IMG/VR virus record: IMGVR_UViG_3300027851_000026
DNA length: 64,000 nt
Direction: 5' to 3' (one strand)
From: an uncultured virus (IMG/VR IMGVR_UViG_3300027851_000026)
Taxonomy: Duplodnaviria > Heunggongvirae > Uroviricota > Caudoviricetes
The position numbers were made by a program, and so were the translations under genes. Numbering within the stretch: the first letter of the stretch is position 1; the number at the start of each line of letters is the position of its first letter. Below are positions 49,298-58,508 of this stretch, piece after piece. The notes under the pieces were generated by a model. The model was not told the DNA's origin, made no database searches, and worked only from the letters and a program-made list of their open reading frames with translations.

Positions 49298-49576
49298 TTA
49301 GGGGGTGTCTCTGAGTTCTGCCCAGCGCCGGCCGTCTTTCCCACGGAAGCAGACGATGGACAGGCCGCCGCCACCAGTCGACTCCCGGCGCCACATGGTT
49401 CCGTTCTTCCATGTCCTGACAAGCTTGCGCTCGACAAGGGCCCGGATGATGGCAGAGGGCACGCCCGTCAGTGGGACCTTTCCGGCGCCAACGGGAACCA
49501 GAGCATAGACCGCAGCCTGCATCGGCGGCAGGTCGCCCGTCACGCTGGTCATGCTGCCTTCTCTAGCGTCGCTCAT
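49298..49576 (-). CDS. Hypothetical protein
   Basis: AGGAG RBS. Confidence 0.55.
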   Translation of the reverse strand: MSDAREGSMTSVTGDLPPMQAAVYALVPVGAGKVPLTGVPSAIIRALVERKLVRTWKNGTMWRRESTGGGGLSIVCFRGKDGRRWAELRDTP

Positions 49577-49720
49577 CTCTCGCTCCTGAAGGTGCTGCGG
49601 GCCGGGAGATGCTGCGGGAGGGCCGGTCTTAAACGCAGGTTGGCGTCGATTCGCCTTCCAACCAGTCCTTGCGCCGCAGCCTCTCCATTATCCTACTTCT
49701 TTGAGGGAAGGGGAAGGGTG

Positions 49721-49975
49721 TCACGGCTTCGCCGTGCCCTGTTCCCCTCCTGCATCAGGGACCAGCGTGCTATCAATAACCCTCTCAATAGAGTCCATAT
49801 CTTGGGCGAGGTCGAACTTGGACAGGTCGGACCACGGGCCTTTGTCCTCGACGGCGGCGAGCTTCTGGATGGCAAGCAGCGTCCGCTGTAGCCTTTCGAT
49901 CTCATCGGCGGCTAGTCCGCACAGATGCTTGGCTGTGTCGTTGTTGCGAAGTCGCCAAAGCAGATGCTCGCTCAT
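49721..49975 (-). CDS. Hypothetical phage protein (AADEIERL module)
   Basis: AAGGAG RBS. Confidence 0.65.
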   Translation of the reverse strand: MSEHLLWRLRNNDTAKHLCGLAADEIERLQRTLLAIQKLAAVEDKGPWSDLSKFDLAQDMDSIERVIDSTLVPDAGGEQGTAKP

Positions 49976-50010
49976 GCGTCACACTCCTTTCGTTCAGTAG
50001 GCCGGTTGGG

Positions 50011-50241
50011 TCAGTTGATGCGAAGATTCCGCCACCAGACGGTCAGCTTTGCGAGCCAACCGAACGCCGCCGGGATCGTCGTCACGTCGCTGCCGACGAC
50101 GCGCCCGAAAGCGCCGATGCGCTTCACGCGTTCTTGCGCCTCCTCCCAACTCCGCGCCGGGATCGTGAGCGAAAACACTTCGTTGCCGAAACTGTATTCG
50201 ACGAGATAGTTCGAAAAGCCGTCGTCTAGATCGTCAGCCAT
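50011..50241 (-). CDS. Hypothetical protein
   Basis: AGGAG RBS. Confidence 0.65.
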   Translation of the reverse strand: MADDLDDGFSNYLVEYSFGNEVFSLTIPARSWEEAQERVKRIGAFGRVVGSDVTTIPAAFGWLAKLTVWWRNLRIN

Positions 50242-50312
50242 GGGGAACGCTCCTGTTGTTAAAGACGGCCGGTCGGCGCGGTAGGGCCGAAGGCCCGCGT
50301 AGCCTGTTCATC

Positions 50313-50552
50313 CTACCCATTTCCCGTGTCATCTGGAGGAATGGGGAGAGGCATCCAGTGGGTGGGCTCCTCACCAGGCTCGAAATAGAAATCGCTTCCA
50401 GCGTTCGGGCCGCCGTTGGTCCAAAATGACACCTCGGGAGCCCGCACGACGACAACGACCTCACAGGAGTCATGTCCGCGGTGAGCGCGCGGGCAGAACA
50501 CCAAAATCGGGCACGCTTCCGGCGCCGTCTCAATAGGCCTCCATCCGCTCAT
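50313..50552 (-). CDS. DUF551-like protein
   Basis: WRPIETAP...PTHWMPLP. Confidence 0.8.
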   Translation of the reverse strand: MSGWRPIETAPEACPILVFCPRAHRGHDSCEVVVVVRAPEVSFWTNGGPNAGSDFYFEPGEEPTHWMPLPIPPDDTGNG

Positions 50553-51034
50553 TGTCCGTCCTCCTTGAGGGCGGAAGACATCTCGGCTTCAATTTCCTTC
50601 TGCCGTTCAAGCAGGATCTTCATGGCGGCGTTTATGGCGCGCGCCTCTTCCCATCGCCCTTGCCGGGCGTAGTGCATGAACTTGGCGTGCCCTTCATCGA
50701 ACTCCGTGCACAGGCGGTCAAATTCGACCATCATATCACTCTGATGGGGTTCCTTGGGGGAAAGGGCGGCGTCGAAGGACGCCTTATAGGCTCCGGCAAA
50801 CAGCCGGTCGGCAGGTCCGCCGTCTTTCACAAACGGATTGAAGCCGAAGAACTGCCGGAAGACCTGCATTTGCGCCTCCGTAGGCTCCCGCATTGCCTCG
50901 ATAGCCGCTCGGGCGAACATGCGGAACATGTTGCGGGTGATCTCTGGCGCCATAGCCCAGTCGCCACCTCGATCTTTGGCAAACATCGCAGCCGCCACCC
51001 TCTCAATCATTCCGCGCGTTTCCATATCAGCCAT
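50549..51034 (-). CDS. Hypothetical modular phage protein
   Basis: IERVA.A...ARAAIEAMREPT module. Confidence 0.7.
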   Translation of the reverse strand: MADMETRGMIERVAAAMFAKDRGGDWAMAPEITRNMFRMFARAAIEAMREPTEAQMQVFRQFFGFNPFVKDGGPADRLFAGAYKASFDAALSPKEPHQSDMMVEFDRLCTEFDEGHAKFMHYARQGRWEEARAINAAMKILLERQKEIEAEMSSALKEDGQ

Positions 51035-51046
51035 GGTCGGGGTCCT

Positions 51047-52030
51047 TCAGAGTCGAGCCGCTATTTCGTCGGCGGTTTCGCGATAGTAGGTGTTTTGCAG
51101 GATGCGCAAGTCCTTGTGACCGCTGATTTTGGCGAGGGTCATCACGTCGACCTTGCGGGCCAGCCGGGTCAACGCCTCCGCTCGAGAGTCGTGAAAGTGC
51201 AGATCCTCTATCATCAGCCGATCGCGCGCTTTGCGAAAGAGGGCGTCCAGCACGGCGCTCGAGAGCGAGAAGCACTTCTCGAGATGGGCGACGGGCCGGA
51301 GGAGCCGGGCGGCGTGGCGGGTCAAGGGCACGTCTCGAGGCTTGCCGGTCAGGTGCTGGGTCTTGTGCGCCACGGACGCCACCCGGCGTTTAAGGTCCAG
51401 ATTGGCGCTCCCCAAGCTCAGAATCTCACCCGCGCGCATGCCTGACCGCAGGGCGACCATGAAGGCCAAGGCGACCTCCTGCGACCGCGTTTGAGGGGCC
51501 CGGCCGGGTCTGTAGTCGAGGATGCGGCACAGGGCGCGCACCTCGAGCGGGCTGACGCGGCGCGTGCGCGGGGCCGGGTTCTTGGGGATGCGCAGGCCCT
51601 TCAGCGGATTGTGCTCCATCCAGCGCCATTCCTCTCGAGCAAGCCGGAAGGCGTGGCGCAGCCAGTTTAGATTGCGCAGGACCGTGGCGTCGCTGACCGT
51701 CTTCAGCCTCTCGTCACGCCAAGCGGCAAAATCCGGAGTGTCTAGGTCGGCCAGCTTCTTGGCAGCCAGATCAGGAAAGTCGCGCAGGAACGCCCGAGCC
51801 TGCCGAGACTCAAACGCCTCGCCCCGTTTACTGGGCATGACCGTCTCAATGTAGTGCTCGAGCATCTTGCCGAGGGTCTGCTGTCCGGTTGGCGCAGTCT
51901 CGAGTTCCCGTTCCTTCACTACGGCCCATGCGTTGGCCTCGCGCTGCGTCCGGAACACCTTGGAGGCGCGCCGCCCGTTGACGTAGACCTGTGCCCGGTA
52001 TCCGCGACCGTGCTTCCCCACCGATGCCAT
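51047..52030 (-). CDS. int: Tyrosine integrase
   Basis: SGMRAGEI (R), HDSR (HxxR), SGH, catalytic Y in NTYY; AGGGGGAG RBS. Confidence 0.93.
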   Translation of the reverse strand: MASVGKHGRGYRAQVYVNGRRASKVFRTQREANAWAVVKERELETAPTGQQTLGKMLEHYIETVMPSKRGEAFESRQARAFLRDFPDLAAKKLADLDTPDFAAWRDERLKTVSDATVLRNLNWLRHAFRLAREEWRWMEHNPLKGLRIPKNPAPRTRRVSPLEVRALCRILDYRPGRAPQTRSQEVALAFMVALRSGMRAGEILSLGSANLDLKRRVASVAHKTQHLTGKPRDVPLTRHAARLLRPVAHLEKCFSLSSAVLDALFRKARDRLMIEDLHFHDSRAEALTRLARKVDVMTLAKISGHKDLRILQNTYYRETADEIAARL

Positions 52031-52194
52031 GTCGCTCCCCCTGCGTAGTGGCGTGGGGAGATAGTGGGGAGTTTGTGGTAGGATTGTCCAGTTTGCGCGG
52101 CAGGAAGCGGAAAGATGGGGCGTTCTGGAATCGCATCCGGGCCTTTGCTTTCCGGTATCCGCCGGCCGTTGACGGCATAAAGCGGAAGCCGTCG

Positions 52195-52217
52195 TGGTGC
52201 CCCCGGCCGGACTCGAA
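52195..52217 (-). other. attP core: copy of a tRNA 3' end (Leu-like)
   Basis: - strand TTCGAGTCCGGCCGGGGGCACCA between xis and int; rest of the tRNA absent. Confidence 0.8.
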
Positions 52218-52257
52218 AACCCAAGAAATTCAACGATCGCCATGGGGTAGTGCGTAA

Positions 52258-52476
52258 TTATTGGGGAGCCCGCAACGCATCCACGGCCTCGATAGGCACG
52301 CGCCCGCAGCGATTCAGCTTCAGTTTCCCAGCGACGATGTAGTTTCGCACGGTCCGGGTACTCACGCCAAGGATCTCCGCCACCTGCGCCTGCGTGACTT
52401 GTGTAGGCCGGGGGTGCGTCTCGGCGTAGAGCTGGACTGCTCGAGCAGCGATGCGCAGCGTTTGGTCGTCACTCAT
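52258..52476 (-). CDS. xis: Excisionase-like HTH protein
   Basis: QVAEILGVS.RTV....G.L HTH next to attP/int. Confidence 0.75.
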   Translation of the reverse strand: MSDDQTLRIAARAVQLYAETHPRPTQVTQAQVAEILGVSTRTVRNYIVAGKLKLNRCGRVPIEAVDALRAPQ

Positions 52477-52858
52477 CGTCATTCTCCTTCACCACGGCTT
52501 TCCCGTAAGGGGAGGCGGGAAGAAGTGGCCGCCAATGTGTTGGCGCGCTTGATAGAGGCTCTATCGCCGGCTGCGGCCACCAAGTCCACGTAACGTCAAG
52601 GAAGGCCACGACCTGCCCAAGACGTTCGGACCACACCAGAGCCGGGAAATGATCGCGCGGCTTTGTCTCGATAGGCTGCCATCCCTGCACCACCGCCATC
52701 CCTTCTGCCTGGAGGGCGGAGAAAAGGCGTTCGGCTTCCTCGCTGTAGATGCCCCAATGGCGGCAGGGATTGCAGGCAGTAACGCGATGCCCGCGGCACT
52801 CCTCGGCGCAATATCCCCTCGCCATCACCTCTAGGGTCTTGGAGCGGGATTCAGTCAT
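52469..52858 (-). CDS. DUF551-containing protein
   Basis: WQPIET...PTHWRPL. Confidence 0.7.
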   Translation of the reverse strand: MTESRSKTLEVMARGYCAEECRGHRVTACNPCRHWGIYSEEAERLFSALQAEGMAVVQGWQPIETKPRDHFPALVWSERLGQVVAFLDVTWTWWPQPAIEPLSSAPTHWRPLLPASPYGKAVVKENDDE

Positions 52859-53519
52859 GGTGTGCTCCGTCCGATGACGGCCGGAGCCCCTGTTCCCCTC
52901 CGGCCTCGACACCTTCCGCCTTGTCTGCGGCATCCCAGTACGCAAGCGGATTGAGCCAGTCCGGGAAGCGTGCGTTCAGTTCAGCGACGGCGGCTTTTTC
53001 TGCAGCGTTTCCGGAGTTGTAGCTTTCCGGGTCTTCGATGGGGAAAGCGGCGATGGCGACGCCTTGATCGAAGATGCAAGCCCGCGTCGGGCGACTCTTT
53101 GGGTCGCAGTCGTAGTCAATGCCAGCGTGATAGCGATGGTTGAGGCGCGCGTGCGCTTTGCGGTCATAGAACGCAGCCTTGTAGAAAACGGAAACGCGCT
53201 TTCTTCCGTGTTCGTCCAGAATGTCGGACCACATGCTGTGTCCGGTCGCCTCGCGGCGCCAGCCCGGCGGAAGCGTGGCCTGCTGAAACAGGTCGTCGAT
53301 CTTGGCGCCGAAGGTGAAGCCGGCTTGCTCGAACAGGGGCTTCCCGTTCTCGCCGTACTTCATCCCGCTCAATTCAAGCGGCATGTCGGTGGATTCCACC
53401 AATTGCTTTTGACCGGCGGCTTCGGACGCCTCAATTGCGCCTGGTGCACCTGCCGATGCTCCGATGCCGAGCGCTTCGGCAGCCAACATCGCGGGCGTCA
53501 TAATCGGCTTCTTCGTCAT
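52851..53519 (-). CDS. Hypothetical phage protein
   Basis: LP.GW...T.HSMWS...FYKAAFYDR motif. Confidence 0.75.
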   Translation of the reverse strand: MTKKPIMTPAMLAAEALGIGASAGAPGAIEASEAAGQKQLVESTDMPLELSGMKYGENGKPLFEQAGFTFGAKIDDLFQQATLPPGWRREATGHSMWSDILDEHGRKRVSVFYKAAFYDRKAHARLNHRYHAGIDYDCDPKSRPTRACIFDQGVAIAAFPIEDPESYNSGNAAEKAAVAELNARFPDWLNPLAYWDAADKAEGVEAGGEQGLRPSSDGAHHD

Positions 53520-53602
53520 CTGTCACACTCCATCAATTGCAGTAGGTCGGTTGGCGCGGTAGCTCGCCTCTTTGGCGAGCGCGTAGCCTGTTCATAATTC
53601 CA

Positions 53603-53947
53603 CTACCCAACAGGGGGAGAGAGGGCGCGGAACTTGGCGAGCCACGCTTTCGTCCGGCTGAGCGCGCGCTTGACGCGAAACTTGGCGGGAACGTCGCCGG
53701 CCTCAAGGTCAACCTCGATCAGCTCCAGCGCGTCCAGCGCCTCCCGCCTCACTTCCTCCACCCGTGGGGAGGAGAGAGCCCGCAGCAACGCCGGCACGTG
53801 GAAGTCGAGCAACGTTGAGACGGCGCCGCGATTCACGCCCGGCTGATCAAAAATCACGAGCCCAGCTTCGTCTCTTTCGATGCTGTCGAGCAGGAAGTTG
53901 ATGGCTTCAATGTCGATTCCGCTCACTGTTCGATTCTCCTTGTCCAT
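53603..53947 (-). CDS. Hypothetical protein
   Basis: ORF in operon; start uncertain. Confidence 0.55.
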   Translation of the reverse strand: MDKENRTVSGIDIEAINFLLDSIERDEAGLVIFDQPGVNRGAVSTLLDFHVPALLRALSSPRVEEVRREALDALELIEVDLEAGDVPAKFRVKRALSRTKAWLAKFRALSPPVG

Positions 53948-54252
53948 GCGTTGTACCCCGGAGGGGGCTTGGGGAAGCGGCTGGGCTTCTTGATGCCGTT
54001 GTGCTTGGCGGCGCAGCGCTTCGCCTTCGACCACGAGGCCGCGTCGGTTTTGGTCTTCCCGGCGTGGCAGGCCTTGTGAGCCGGGCGCATGTTGGCCTCG
54101 TCATCTACACCACCCAGCGCCAGAGGCCGCACATGCTCCACCTCCCAAGGCTGGCCTACCTGGATGCGCTGCTCACACAGGTGGCAGACGCCCTTGGCAG
54201 CCTCGAACACCTTGAGACACTGCATGGGGGAAAGGGAGCGCCGGGCGGTCAC
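53923..54252 (-). CDS. HNH endonuclease
   Basis: CHLC...EH...GG...N...H..CH..KT. Confidence 0.85.
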   Translation of the reverse strand: MTARRSLSPMQCLKVFEAAKGVCHLCEQRIQVGQPWEVEHVRPLALGGVDDEANMRPAHKACHAGKTKTDAASWSKAKRCAAKHNGIKKPSRFPKPPPGYNAWTRRIEQ

Positions 54253-54446
54253 GGCTTGTCGCCAGCCTGCTTCAGAATGGCTCGGGCCAGCCGCACGGCC
54301 TCGCGTTGCGTTAGAGCAACCTCATTGTGGAGGTCTTCTTTGCAAAACTGGTCCGGCATGAACAAAGCGACGCGCCCCTTGGCGATCGGGTGGACGTACG
54401 CCAGTCGCTTGCCGATCCGGATTCCAAGCACAATTTGCTCGCTCAC
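54249..54446 (-). CDS. Hypothetical protein
   Basis: GTGA-coupled, GGAG RBS. Confidence 0.5.
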   Translation of the reverse strand: MSEQIVLGIRIGKRLAYVHPIAKGRVALFMPDQFCKEDLHNEVALTQREAVRLARAILKQAGDKP

Positions 54447-54770
54447 TTCGTCTCTCCCAAGTCGGAACGGTTGAATGTGACGCCGTGGAGGTCGCCAAAT
54501 ATGAACAGCCACTCGTTGAAGGCGGCGGCCTGCTTGGTGGTCAGGTCGCTCGTGTGAGGCAGGAGGAGGGCGAATTGCAGGCCGTCCAGGCTCTCGACGA
54601 GGTCGGGCGTTTCTCCCGTCTCCTTGAGCCACTGGAGGGTTGCGCGGCGCTTCCACCAGATCACGTCATGTAGCTCGTCCGTTTCCGGGGGCCACGGGAG
54701 TTGGTCGGCGATGTCGCTGAGGGCGGCATGGAGGAGCCGGTTCTGCTTGAGGGTCCGGCTGCGATCCTTG
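54443..54770 (-). pseudogene. ninB: NinB-like recombination protein lacking N-terminus and clear start
   Basis: RTLKQNRLLHAALSDIA.Q, TS.L...F.E....FG...GV.F; 5' end lies inside upstream ORF in another frame. Confidence 0.6.
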
Positions 54771-54930
54771 CCCGCGTTTGCCGGCCGACTTCCATAAGCC
54801 GCTCGCGCTCCCCCTCGCTCAGAGCCGTAATCAGGGGTTTGTGCTGTCGCCACCATGCGTTCAATTCCTCATCAGAGGTTGCCTGCCCGAGCGCCCAGAC
54901 AAGGACGCTCGGAAGGAGGTCAGCCGGCAA
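54661..54930 (-). CDS. Hypothetical protein (3' end runs out of frame into ninB)
   Basis: Coupled to bet stop. Confidence 0.45.
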   Translation of the reverse strand: MPADLLPSVLVWALGQATSDEELNAWWRQHKPLITALSEGERERLMEVGRQTRARIAAGPSSRTGSSMPPSATSPTNSRGPRKRTSYMT

Positions 54931-55855
54931 GCGCGGCCTTGCGGGCCTCGTGTTCTGCCTTCACGTTGAGCGCGTCGGACTTGTGCAGCGCCCAGAAGTG
55001 GCGAAGGGAGACTTCGTTGGTAGCCCACCACCAATCCAGTTCGCCGACGCTTTCGAGGGTGGCGAAGTGGGCGATGCACCGATCGGCCAGCTTGCCCACC
55101 GGCACGGCCTCGATGGCCTCGCCAAGCTTCCACACCATGGCGACGGTGTTGGTGCCGCCGACGCGCTGCAGGCGCTGGGCTTGCTCGTGCTGCTCGACCT
55201 CGGCAGAAGGCGTGATGTCCACCATCTGGCGTTCCATTTCCTCGGGGGCGTAGATACCCGACAGGTCTTCAGGCCAGCCGCGCCGCAGGGCTTGCGCCTC
55301 TGCGACTTTGGCAATCATTACCCGCGCCATCTTTTTCCAGTTGCTGGTGGCGTCAAGAGTGAAGCGGCCCGTAGGAGCGCGCTTTCCGGCTTGCTCGCTG
55401 TAGGCCCATTCCTCCTTCAGGGGCGCGAACTCGTCCCAATGGGCGGTGCCCACGACGGCATGCCATTCGCCATTGGGGGCGAGCTTGTAGGCGCGCACGA
55501 CGGCCTTCACGATGCCGAGCGGATTGGTCTCCAAATCCTTGGCCGCCTCGTCATAGACGATGACAGGCTCCTGGTCGTCTGGACGGTAATCGCGATTACG
55601 CGCAGCAACGGCGCGGAAGCCGTCGATCCCGGTGATAATCGCCATCTTCCGCTTTTCGTGGTCTTTCTTGTTGTAGACCACCGCATAAATCTGCTTGCGG
55701 AACGGGTCCAAACCGACGCGGCGCGCGACCTCCATGTAGAGATCGAACTCCAGATCGTTGCAGTCGGCCGCGACCGTGCGTTTGATCAAGCCAAGCTGGG
55801 AGCCGGTGTAGTCTCGCAGAGAACGCTGGGGCTGTAGGGCGACGACGTTGCTCAT
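54920..55855 (-). CDS. bet: Bet/RecT-family single-strand annealing protein
   Basis: LDPFRKQIY, GIDGFR..A, W...M..KVAEAQALR..WP...G.Y..EEM. Confidence 0.92.
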   Translation of the reverse strand: MSNVVALQPQRSLRDYTGSQLGLIKRTVAADCNDLEFDLYMEVARRVGLDPFRKQIYAVVYNKKDHEKRKMAIITGIDGFRAVAARNRDYRPDDQEPVIVYDEAAKDLETNPLGIVKAVVRAYKLAPNGEWHAVVGTAHWDEFAPLKEEWAYSEQAGKRAPTGRFTLDATSNWKKMARVMIAKVAEAQALRRGWPEDLSGIYAPEEMERQMVDITPSAEVEQHEQAQRLQRVGGTNTVAMVWKLGEAIEAVPVGKLADRCIAHFATLESVGELDWWWATNEVSLRHFWALHKSDALNVKAEHEARKAALAG

Positions 55856-55862
55856 GGGAACC

Positions 55863-56390
55863 TCACTTGATGCGAACGGAAAGGGTCAGGCCGCCGTTTG
55901 AAAGGCTCGCGCCCGGCACGGCCTCGCCAGCCCTCAGGGCCTCGGCCACGGCGGCGCGGTCGAGCTTGGGGTCGCTGGGCTTCCAGAATTTGGCAGGGAT
56001 AATGGCCTCGTCCGTAATCATGGCCTTCGGTGGTGTCGGCCGCGCCGTCATCGTGCCGAGAGGCGAGCGGATGGTCTGCAGCCCCGCCTTGTCCATCGCC
56101 ATGAGGATGATCCCCCGGCGAGACTCGATGGACTTCTCCATGCGGCCCTTGCGCGTCTGCAGTTCCTTGATCTTGGCGTCCAGCCCCTCAATCAGGATCT
56201 CGTCCTCGTGCGTCTGCTCCAGCACGAACGCGCACGCCTCAGCCAGGTTCGTTTCCCCCTCGATGGTGTCGAGAAGGAGCTTCGGATCGCAGTCCTCGCC
56301 CAACTGCTGGCGGAGCTTCATCGCGTCGTTCAGTTCGGCGCCGATTGCGCGGACGGTGACGGACGAGCGCGGGATATGCTGGTCGGGCAT
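55863..56390 (-). CDS. Siphovirus Gp157-family protein
   Basis: DTIEGET, coiled coil, K.D...A..L..G..VPGA.L. Confidence 0.85.
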   Translation of the reverse strand: MPDQHIPRSSVTVRAIGAELNDAMKLRQQLGEDCDPKLLLDTIEGETNLAEACAFVLEQTHEDEILIEGLDAKIKELQTRKGRMEKSIESRRGIILMAMDKAGLQTIRSPLGTMTARPTPPKAMITDEAIIPAKFWKPSDPKLDRAAVAEALRAGEAVPGASLSNGGLTLSVRIK

Positions 56391-56475
56391 CTGTCTGTTC
56401 TCCTGTTGTGTCAGGGGGAGGGTGGAATCTGGCTCGCAACTTCGCCGCTCCGCACCCGCTGCGTGTGAGAGTGCG

Positions 56476-56895
56476 TCAATCGGCGACGACGATTTCCACG
56501 AGTTGGCCGTCGGTGAACTTCGCGCGGTATCTGTGGTCTTTGTAGATCGGCCGACCGCGCGGGCCGTACTTCTCGTCTGGATCGCGCCCAATTTCCTCCA
56601 GCCCACCGAAATGAACCCAGCCGTGAAAAGCGGAATCGTGCAGGCTCTTCACATAGCTGATGCTACCGCAGATCGATTCGAGCGTTCCTGCTTCGGCATT
56701 CGGGAAAGGGCGCTTTTCTTTTGGCACCTCTTCAACTCGGTCAACGCGCTCCAGCATCAGGCGCCCGTCTGCCGTGATTACGTGAGTGACCATTTCGCAA
56801 TCGAAATCCTTCGTTTGCAGGCCGACTACATCGCCTTCCAAGCCCCATCCGTCTGGCAGAGGCTTCTCGCACCGGATGTAATCAAACATTCCCAT
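56476..56895 (-). CDS. Cassette gene X2, 139 aa
   Basis: MGMFD.I....PLP...QTKDF...A.FTDG motif. Confidence 0.8.
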   Translation of the reverse strand: MGMFDYIRCEKPLPDGWGLEGDVVGLQTKDFDCEMVTHVITADGRLMLERVDRVEEVPKEKRPFPNAEAGTLESICGSISYVKSLHDSAFHGWVHFGGLEEIGRDPDEKYGPRGRPIYKDHRYRAKFTDGQLVEIVVAD

Positions 56896-57223
56896 TGGTC
56901 GTGCCTTTCGTGTCAGTGGAGATGGGTGCGGTAGGGCCGTCATCGGCCCGCGTAGCCTGTTCATCCTCCCCCTCTAAGGAGAGGGCGGCTTCTGCACACT
57001 CGCGCGCCTTGATCCGGAAAGTCCGATGGCTCATGTCCTGGTTCTCCGAATGATATCTGATGCTCTCCAGCGCCTCTCTCATCCCCCGTACTGCTGCGGA
57101 GGTGGAGAGAAGGGCGCGGGCAAGGACCAGAGCCTCAAGTGCTGTCGGCGGCTTGGTTTCAAATTCCTCGACCACGCGCCAAGCAATCATACCTTCCACC
57201 TCCGTCATAGGGCGGGCGGTCAT
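56882..57223 (-). CDS. Modular protein Z, allele 2
   Basis: Shares N-terminus with 57913..58245. Confidence 0.7.
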   Translation of the reverse strand: MTARPMTEVEGMIAWRVVEEFETKPPTALEALVLARALLSTSAAVRGMREALESIRYHSENQDMSHRTFRIKARECAEAALSLEGEDEQATRADDGPTAPISTDTKGTTNGNV

Positions 57224-57486
57224 GGGGACACCGAGGCTTCAATCGGAAAGCGTCCGCCGCTGTTGCGGCGTTCCTGCCATCCCGAATAGGTCATGCGCTT
57301 GCGCTTCACGAGGGCTTCAATGGTTGTCGTGCCGCACCACCATTCCGGCGAAGACCCGTTCATCTTCACGCCGACGTGCGTCCAGTATCCTCCGGGAAGG
57401 CGCACTAACTTTGCGTCCGCGCTCTCCATGGCGTGATTGAGAACGCGCTGCATCTCCGGCGACAGTTTGTGTTCCACCTTCATCAT
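57220..57486 (-). CDS. Hypothetical protein Y (copy 2)
   Basis: AGGGAGAGGG RBS; identical to 58242..58508. Confidence 0.7.
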   Translation of the reverse strand: MMKVEHKLSPEMQRVLNHAMESADAKLVRLPGGYWTHVGVKMNGSSPEWWCGTTTIEALVKRKRMTYSGWQERRNSGGRFPIEASVSP

Positions 57487-57643
57487 CCCTCTCCCTTCGT
57501 CTGAGTGGCGGGGGAAGGCACAGGCTCCGCTTCGCTGCGCACCTGTTCCCCGGCGTCGGCGCGACCTTCCGCCTTCGCTTCCCACGTCGGGCACGGCGTG
57601 ATCTGGCTCGCTTCGCTCCGCACCCGCTGCGTGTGAGAGTGCG

Positions 57644-57916
57644 TCATTCCCGACTTTTCATGACGTATGCTTTGGCTTCTTCCTTCGACACGTATTTGCC
57701 ATCCCACTCGAGATAGACCTTCTCGAAGTTGCCTTCGTCGATCAGCTCGCAGATGATCTCTTTCTGGCGCGGCGTGTCGTCCTGCGTCATGGCACCCGCC
57801 GACGCGCCTGCTTCAAAATACTCCTTCAAGAGCGCGCGGCCTTTCTCGGAGTGGAAGTGCCAAGCCTTCATGGTCCCCCACTTCAAGGCCAACTCGTCTC
57901 TGCCGTCGTCGCTCAT
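57644..57916 (-). CDS. Cassette gene X1, 90 aa
   Basis: LKWGT.K.W...Q.DT..QK..IC.LID motif. Confidence 0.8.
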   Translation of the reverse strand: MSDDGRDELALKWGTMKAWHFHSEKGRALLKEYFEAGASAGAMTQDDTPRQKEIICELIDEGNFEKVYLEWDGKYVSKEEAKAYVMKSRE

Positions 57917-58245
57917 TTGGTCGTGCCTTTCGTGTCAGTGGAGATGGGTGCGGAGCCCGAAGGGCGAGCCTGTTCATCCTCCCCCTCTATTAAGGAGAGG
58001 GCGCGGAGACGCTTCCGAATGTCCCGCATCAGCTCAAAGTCCTTGTTCGCGGCGGCGAGAAAAGCGTTCTCGACTTCATCGATAGCGCTCTGCGGAGTTA
58101 TCATCCCCCGTACTGCTGCGGAGGTGGAGAGAAGGGCGCGGGCAAGGACCAGAGCCTCAAGTGCTGTCGGCGGCTTGGTTTCAAATTCCTCGACCACGCG
58201 CCAAGCAATCATACCTTCCACCTCCGTCATAGGGCGGGCGGTCAT
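57913..58245 (-). CDS. Modular protein Z, allele 1
   Basis: ATGA-coupled; same N-terminus as allele 2, different middle. Confidence 0.7.
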   Translation of the reverse strand: MTARPMTEVEGMIAWRVVEEFETKPPTALEALVLARALLSTSAAVRGMITPQSAIDEVENAFLAAANKDFELMRDIRKRLRALSLIEGEDEQARPSGSAPISTDTKGTTK

Positions 58246-58508
58246 GGGGACACCGAGGCTTCAATCGGAAAGCGTCCGCCGCTGTTGCGGCGTTCCTGCC
58301 ATCCCGAATAGGTCATGCGCTTGCGCTTCACGAGGGCTTCAATGGTTGTCGTGCCGCACCACCATTCCGGCGAAGACCCGTTCATCTTCACGCCGACGTG
58401 CGTCCAGTATCCTCCGGGAAGGCGCACTAACTTTGCGTCCGCGCTCTCCATGGCGTGATTGAGAACGCGCTGCATCTCCGGCGACAGTTTGTGTTCCACC
58501 TTCATCAT
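58242..58508 (-). CDS. Hypothetical protein Y (copy 1)
   Basis: Identical to 57220..57486. Confidence 0.7.
   Translation of the reverse strand: MMKVEHKLSPEMQRVLNHAMESADAKLVRLPGGYWTHVGVKMNGSSPEWWCGTTTIEALVKRKRMTYSGWQERRNSGGRFPIEASVSP

Noticed and set aside
52195..52217. Complete tRNA gene
   Set aside because: Only the T-loop to CCA portion exists; treated as attP core
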